The notes under the pieces: generated by a model | What the model saw: the letters and a program-made list of their open reading frames with translations, nothing else | What the model was told of the DNA's origin: nothing | The model's database searches: none | Shown: positions 55,243-60,277 of the stretch, piece by piece | Numbering within the stretch: position 1 is the stretch's first letter | How the letters are laid out: each line of letters starts with the position of its first letter | Made by a program: the position numbers and the translations under genes | IMG/VR virus record: IMGVR_UViG_3300042475_003740 | Span: 1-60,277 of that record | DNA from: a virus | Lineage: Duplodnaviria > Caudoviricetes | DNA length: 60,277 nucleotides | Direction: 5' to 3' (one strand)

Positions 55243-56052
55243 ATGCCGTTCAGCAATAGCCCGGAGGAACCACCGCCACCGATCCGAGGCCGCTCTGAGC
55301 CGTTGCGGCTGGCCACTGAGCGGCATGAGCATGGCACCGAACACCTGGCGGCCATGCTGAACCACTGGCTGGGGCGCAGTGGCCTCAGCCATGACCAGCT
55401 GGTGGCCATCGCGGCCTGGGCCCTGGGTGAGCAGGGCCTCCTTGACTCCACGGTGATCAGCCGGATTCGCAACGGCAGGCAGGTGCGCGGCGCCAACTGG
55501 CGGCACGTCGACGCCCTTTCGGCAGCGAACGAGGCGATCTGGGTCTGGCAGACAGGCGGTGAGCGCAAGGCGTGGGCGAAGTTCGGCCCGCACAGCGGCT
55601 GGGGCATCCGTGACCAGTGGCTCACCGATGCCTGCTGGCTGGAGGATCCTGACCAGCCCGACCAGCCGTTGCGCTTCAACCGAGCGATGGAGGTGCTCGC
55701 TGGCTACCTGGAGCTGCCCTACCTCAGCGCCGCATCCCTGAGCCCTGCTGAGGCTCGCCGGCTGAGCGATGGCCTTTCAGCCCTGCTGGAGGAACTCATT
55801 GTCGAGCGAGGCTGGGGCCCGAAGCGCGGCAGCGATGAGCTGATCGATGCCTACCCGGTGGAGGACAAGGCCCGCCAGCGCCGGCTGAAGGCCCTGATCG
55901 TCGGTGACACCACGCTCAGCCGGGAGGAGCTCGAGAGCGAGATGCACGCGATCGCCGAGGTGATTCGAGTGGTGCGGGGCCTCAAGCAGGGCAGCTACGG
56001 CCCGGAGCAGCTGCGGGCGGAGTTGCGGACTGATCGCCGGCCTCTGTCCTGA
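55243..56052 (+). CDS. putative HTH regulator (repressor candidate)
   Basis: MLNHWLGRSGLSHDQL...STVISRIRNG, an XRE-like segment similar in layout to 28901-29578. Confidence 0.55.
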   Translation: MPFSNSPEEPPPPIRGRSEPLRLATERHEHGTEHLAAMLNHWLGRSGLSHDQLVAIAAWALGEQGLLDSTVISRIRNGRQVRGANWRHVDALSAANEAIWVWQTGGERKAWAKFGPHSGWGIRDQWLTDACWLEDPDQPDQPLRFNRAMEVLAGYLELPYLSAASLSPAEARRLSDGLSALLEELIVERGWGPKRGSDELIDAYPVEDKARQRRLKALIVGDTTLSREELESEMHAIAEVIRVVRGLKQGSYGPEQLRAELRTDRRPLS

Positions 56053-56270
56053 TCGCCTGGTAGAGGGGGCCGTGGCCGTCGAGGTAGAGCTCGATCGGCT
56101 GCCAGTCGCGGTCCGGCACGTGGGTGAGCATGCGCCAGGCGGCGTCGGCCTCGGCGTGGTTGGCAACGTGGATCCGGATCATGCTCAGGCAAGCCAGTGG
56201 GGAGGTTTTAGTACGCCCGTACCACAAGCTGGCGGCAAATTGCACGTATTGCAAGTGGCGGAACGCGATG

Positions 56271-56296
56271 CGGTTTTGCAACCGCTACGGTATGAT
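56271..56296 (+). promoter_or_regulatory. early promoter (-10 TATGAT) with operator CGGTTTTGCAACCG
   Basis: Same architecture as the 8270 and 37735 elements. Confidence 0.6.
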
Positions 56297-56322
56297 GCGA
56301 CAAGCCACCACCCACCACCACC

Positions 56323-57417
56323 ATGGCATTCATCAAGGCCACCAAGGAGGCGGCCAAGCTCCGAGCGGCGATCTTTGGCCCGTCTGGAGCCGGCAAGACC
56401 TTCACCAGCCTGCGCCTTGCTACCGGCATCGGCGGCAAGATCGCTCTGATCGACAGCGAGCGCCGCACCGCCAGCAAGTACGCCGATCGATTCGACTTTG
56501 ACGTATGCAACCTGGAATCAGGCGAGCACCGCGTTGCTGACTACGTGAAGGCGATCCGTGAAGCCGGGCAAGCCGGCTACGACGTGCTCATCATCGACAG
56601 CCTCACCCACGCCTGGCAGCAGCTGCTGGCCGAGGTTGACGCCCTGGCCAAGGCCAAGTATCGGGGCAACACCTGGTCGGCCTGGAGCGACGGCACCCCG
56701 CTGCAGCGCTCACTGGTCGACGCAATCCTCGACTTTCCCGGCCACGTGATCGCCACCATGCGATCGAAGACCGAATGGACGACCGAGGCCAGTGGAAACG
56801 GCAAGTCGGCGCCGAAGCGAGTCGGCCTCACCCCGGAACAAGGCAAGGGCATCGAGTACGAGTTCGACATGCTGTTCGAGCTGTCGACCGAGCACATCCT
56901 CACCGTGATCAAAGATCGATCCGGGAAGTTTCAGGATCGCTGCATCACTGATCCGTCCGAGGCCCTTGGCTCTGAGATGGCCGCCTGGCTTGACGATGGC
57001 GCCAAGCCGATGCCCGTGACCGAGCAGATCCGCGCCAAGGCCCGCGCCGTGGGGCTGACCGCATTCGGCATGCAGGCCCTGCTGGTGCAGTGCAACAGCG
57101 CTCAACCCCTGGAGGCCATGGCCGCCAAGCTCCAGGCCCAGATCCTGAACCAGGCACTGAACAGCCCCGCCGCTATCCAGGCCTGGAATGCAGGGCAAGA
57201 CAGCCGCACCGGGGAGGCCCTGGGGGTGCAGGCTGAGGAGGCTGTCGACATGCCTGAGCGGGCGCCGGCGGCAGCGCTGGCCGTGAACTCCACGCAGGAA
57301 GCACTTGGGGACGACCTGCACGACAACGGCTTCCTGCCTGACGACCCCGACGAGCAGGACGACCCCGACGACCTACCGGCAGCCTGGTCCCTACCGGCTG
57401 ACGCTGCCGCTGCCTGA
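56323..57417 (+). CDS. Sak4-like AAA ATPase (recombination)
   Basis: GPSGAGKT, IDSE, LIIDSLTHAW and EYEFD; adjacent to ssb. Confidence 0.85.
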   Translation: MAFIKATKEAAKLRAAIFGPSGAGKTFTSLRLATGIGGKIALIDSERRTASKYADRFDFDVCNLESGEHRVADYVKAIREAGQAGYDVLIIDSLTHAWQQLLAEVDALAKAKYRGNTWSAWSDGTPLQRSLVDAILDFPGHVIATMRSKTEWTTEASGNGKSAPKRVGLTPEQGKGIEYEFDMLFELSTEHILTVIKDRSGKFQDRCITDPSEALGSEMAAWLDDGAKPMPVTEQIRAKARAVGLTAFGMQALLVQCNSAQPLEAMAAKLQAQILNQALNSPAAIQAWNAGQDSRTGEALGVQAEEAVDMPERAPAAALAVNSTQEALGDDLHDNGFLPDDPDEQDDPDDLPAAWSLPADAAAA

Positions 57418-57443
57418 TCCGCTTTCACAACCGCACTATTCCG

Positions 57444-57905
57444 ATGAACCTCGTTTCCCTAATTGGCCGCGCAGGCCGTGATCCTGAACTTCGTTATTTT
57501 GAAAGCGGCACGATGGTCGCCAATCTTTCCCTAGCGGTCAACGCTTACAAGCGTGACGAAGCTCCGGATTGGTTCAACCTGGAAATCTGGGGCAAGCAGG
57601 CCCAGATTGCGGCCGACTACGTGCGCAAGGGCAGTCAGTTGGCTGTCTACGGACGGATCAACCAGCAAAAATGGACCGATCGCGCCAGCGGCGAAGAGAA
57701 GTCAAAATGGGTTGTGACCGTTGATCGGCTGGAGCTGCTGAGCAGCAAGCGCGACAACGAAGGCGGGGAACATCAGTCGCAACCGCAAGGCCAGGGCCGG
57801 CCTGCCCCGAAGCCCGCCCCCACCAAGCCCGCCGCTGCCGCCACCCCCGGCGGCTCAGCGTGGGAGTCAAGTGGCCCCATCAGCGAAGAGGAGGTGCCCT
57901 TCTGA
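57444..57905 (+). CDS. ssb: single-stranded DNA-binding protein
   Basis: LIGRAGRDPELRYFESG, PDWFNLEIWGK and an acidic EEEVPF tail. Confidence 0.95.
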   Translation: MNLVSLIGRAGRDPELRYFESGTMVANLSLAVNAYKRDEAPDWFNLEIWGKQAQIAADYVRKGSQLAVYGRINQQKWTDRASGEEKSKWVVTVDRLELLSSKRDNEGGEHQSQPQGQGRPAPKPAPTKPAAAATPGGSAWESSGPISEEEVPF

Positions 57906-58204
57906 TGGACAACCTCACCGCCCTGCGGGAGATGCTCGATCGGATCCTGGCCGAAGCATCCCACGACCTCGACGCCCAGACGGCTGCCCGTGCGGCGGCC
58001 CTGGACGTGCGGGAGCGGGAGCTCGCAGCAGCGATGGAGCTGATCACCGTCGACAGCGCTACGCGCACCGGCTGGCGCCAGTCGGCGGAGCATCGCAGCC
58101 AGCAGGTGCTGACGCTGATTGACGCGCAGCTGGAGTATTTCAGCCCCAAGTCCGTTACCGCCACCGTGCTGCAGACCTTGCGGCGGCAGGTGGCCGAGCT
58201 GTGA
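57905..58204 (+). CDS. hypothetical protein
   Basis: TGATG-coupled to ssb. Confidence 0.6.
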   Translation: MDNLTALREMLDRILAEASHDLDAQTAARAAALDVRERELAAAMELITVDSATRTGWRQSAEHRSQQVLTLIDAQLEYFSPKSVTATVLQTLRRQVAEL

Positions 58205-58401
58205 CCCATCGCCCTGATCCCATGACCCTGAACCTGCCGAACTTCCGCCAGCCCCCTACACCCGCCGCCTACCGGCTGGTGCCACTGGGCTATCTGCAGC
58301 AGCTCGATCGGCGGCTGGCCACCATGCGCATCCTGCTGTGGGCGGTGCTGGCGTCTGTTGCCTTTGTTGCCTTGCTCACCTTGGTGGTGGGGGTGAAATG
58401 A
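58201..58401 (+). CDS. small membrane protein
   Basis: C-terminal hydrophobic helix. Confidence 0.5.
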   Translation: MTHRPDPMTLNLPNFRQPPTPAAYRLVPLGYLQQLDRRLATMRILLWAVLASVAFVALLTLVVGVK

Positions 58402-58664
58402 CAGCCATCCGAATCCCCATTCGTCGTTTCGTTGCCCTGCGGCCTGCGGTTCGTGATCGCACCCTGCTCGACTACCTCGATTTGGCAGTGCTGGCGCCTG
58501 AGCCTGGCCGCCTGCGCACTGACGAACTGTGCAAGCGCTGGCGCTGTAGCCAGCCCACCGTCAGCCGCCGGCTGGCAGCGGTCAACGCGGCGGGCCTTGC
58601 TGAGATCAGCAATGGCCACGGCGCCTACGCCGTCCACTGGCTCGATCGGTTGGAGGTGGCGTGA
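58398..58664 (+). CDS. winged-HTH protein
   Basis: ELCKRWRCSQPTVSRRLAAVNAAGL. Confidence 0.65.
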   Translation: MTAIRIPIRRFVALRPAVRDRTLLDYLDLAVLAPEPGRLRTDELCKRWRCSQPTVSRRLAAVNAAGLAEISNGHGAYAVHWLDRLEVA

Positions 58665-60115
58665 TGTTCAACCCCGACTTCTACCCCACCCCGCCGGAAG
58701 TAGCGGCCGAGATGCTGGACCCGCTCGACCTGCGGGGCAAGACGGTGCTGGAGCCCAGCGCTGGCAGCGGGAACCTGGTGCGCGAGTGCCTGGATCGTGG
58801 CGCGGCGGAGGTGCTGTGGTGCGAGAAGGAACCGCGGCTGCGGAACATGCTCACCAGCCTGCGAGGCGGTTACTACCTGGGGCACGACTTCCTGCAGGTA
58901 GAGGCCCACCAGGTCAGCCACGTGGATCTGATCGTGATGAACCCGCCGTTCTCGGCGGATGAGGCCCACATCCTGCACGCCTGGGAGATCGCCCCGCCGG
59001 GGTGCGAGATCGTGGCCCTGTGCAACTGGGCCACGGTCAGCGACTGGCGCGGCAACCCGTATACCAGCAGGCCCGGCACCCGGCTGCAGCAGCAGCTGAG
59101 CCATCTGATCGAGGCCTACGGATCGAAGGAGCCTCTCGGGGAGTGCTTCACCACCGCCGAGCGGCCCACCAAGGTAGCCGTGGGGCTGGTGCGGCTGACG
59201 AAGCCAGGCAGCCGGCCTGGTGGTGATGAGTTCGAGGGGTTCTACCTCGGGCCAGATGAGATCGAAGCGCAAGGCGAAGGGCTGATCCCCTATCGCCGCA
59301 GCCGGGACATTGTGAACCGCTACGTGGAGGCCTGCCGCATCTACGACCAGCAGGTGGAGGCCGGCACCCGTCTGCGGGGTGTGCTGGATGGCTTCTTCGG
59401 CCAGGAGCTGGGCCTGCAGGTCACGATCGAGGGTGCACCGGTGACACGCAACCGGTTCAGGAAGGATCTGCAGAAGGCCGCTTGGAAGCACGTCTTTGCT
59501 GAGTTCCTACCGGCGCAGCTGGCCACGTCACAGCTGGCCAAGGACATCAACGCCTTCGTAGAGAAGCAGAGCCGGATTCCGTTCACCGAACGGAACATCT
59601 ACCGGATGCTGCAGATCGTCGCCGGCACGCAGGAGCAGCGGGTGGACCGTGCGGTAGAGCAGGCGATCGACACGCTGACCCGCCACACGGCCGAGAACCG
59701 CTACGGCGTGGAGGGCTGGGTGACGAACTCGGGCTACATGCTGAACCGCCGGTTCATTCGGGCCTACATGGCTGAGGTCTGCTGGTCGGGCAAGGGTGTG
59801 AACGTGAAGAGCTACGGCAGCCAGGCGGATGAGATCCAGGATCTGATCAAGGCGCTGTGTTTTATCACCGGCCGGAACTACGCCGAGGTGGGCCAACCCA
59901 CTAAACCTGCCGATGGTGTGTTCTGGCCGGGTCAGTGGTACGAGTGGGGCTTCTTCCGGTTTCGTGCCTACAAGAAAGGCACCGTCCACTTTGAGTTCAA
60001 GGACGAAGAAGTCTGGGCCGCCGTGAATGCCCGCTACGCCCGCATTAAGGGCCAGGTGCTGCCGGAGCAACACCGCCGGCCGAAGCAGCGCAGGCGGCAT
60101 GAGGTGGCGGCATGA
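58661..60115 (+). CDS. N6-adenine-type DNA methyltransferase with a DUF4942-like C-terminus
   Basis: FYPTP, VLEPSAGSG and MNPPF; C-terminal FFRFRAYKKGTVHFEF. Confidence 0.85.
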   Translation: MMFNPDFYPTPPEVAAEMLDPLDLRGKTVLEPSAGSGNLVRECLDRGAAEVLWCEKEPRLRNMLTSLRGGYYLGHDFLQVEAHQVSHVDLIVMNPPFSADEAHILHAWEIAPPGCEIVALCNWATVSDWRGNPYTSRPGTRLQQQLSHLIEAYGSKEPLGECFTTAERPTKVAVGLVRLTKPGSRPGGDEFEGFYLGPDEIEAQGEGLIPYRRSRDIVNRYVEACRIYDQQVEAGTRLRGVLDGFFGQELGLQVTIEGAPVTRNRFRKDLQKAAWKHVFAEFLPAQLATSQLAKDINAFVEKQSRIPFTERNIYRMLQIVAGTQEQRVDRAVEQAIDTLTRHTAENRYGVEGWVTNSGYMLNRRFIRAYMAEVCWSGKGVNVKSYGSQADEIQDLIKALCFITGRNYAEVGQPTKPADGVFWPGQWYEWGFFRFRAYKKGTVHFEFKDEEVWAAVNARYARIKGQVLPEQHRRPKQRRRHEVAA

Positions 60116-60207
60116 CCACCATCACCGGCACCTGGTATCCGCCCAGCTTCGGCACCGGCGGATTCCTGCATGAAGGCCAACTGTTCATCAACCCACCCTT
60201 TCGCACC

Positions 60208-60277
60208 ATGAGCACCGACACAATCACAGCCGATGACCTGGCACTGCACGCGCAGTGGCTGAGTGATTCGAGCACGG
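60208..60277 (+). CDS. N-terminal fragment (MSTDTITADDLALHAQWLSDSST...) of a probable pentapeptide-repeat protein
   Basis: LxLHxxWL is typical of the segment just before pentapeptide repeats; runs off the window end. Confidence 0.55.
   Translation, partial: MSTDTITADDLALHAQWLSDSST

Noticed and set aside
1-60277. Photosynthesis auxiliary genes, rRNA, IS transposases, DNA polymerase
   Set aside because: No ORF or sequence with the corresponding motifs was recognised.

Overview
This window is a nearly complete genome (about 60 kb, GC-rich) of a temperate long-tailed phage. The host is most likely a picocyanobacterium (Cyanobium/Synechococcus), inferred from a cyanobacterial-type AbrB, a SigF-like sigma factor and the SSB. 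The two window ends look like the N- and C-terminal halves of one gene, so the contig is probably a circle broken inside a repeat. Core modules: tyrosine integrase and excisionase; dCTP deaminase; tail and head genes (tape measure, tail tube, frameshifted G/GT chaperone, major capsid, scaffold, portal, terminase) scattered among early genes; primase-helicase with an iteron-rich origin; SF2 helicase; three DNA methyltransferases; GH19+C39 endolysin; Sak4-like ATPase; SSB. The most striking element is a stand-alone RAMP/Cas7-like gene (50259-50888) followed by a non-coding array of phased GGY-NN pentamers and a hairpin. A second GGY-NN array with its own -10 box and terminator lies on the minus strand (about 47855-47986), inserted at the 5' end of the helicase gene. 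Together these are a candidate CRISPR-independent RNA-guided system. Other notable items: a phage-borne vanadium haloperoxidase-like gene, a C5 methyltransferase with an overprinted second subunit, a late-promoter-like motif (GGMAASCT) before the virion and lysis genes, a palindromic operator at early promoters, and several structured RNA candidates. All calls come from reading motifs by eye; no database searches were run.
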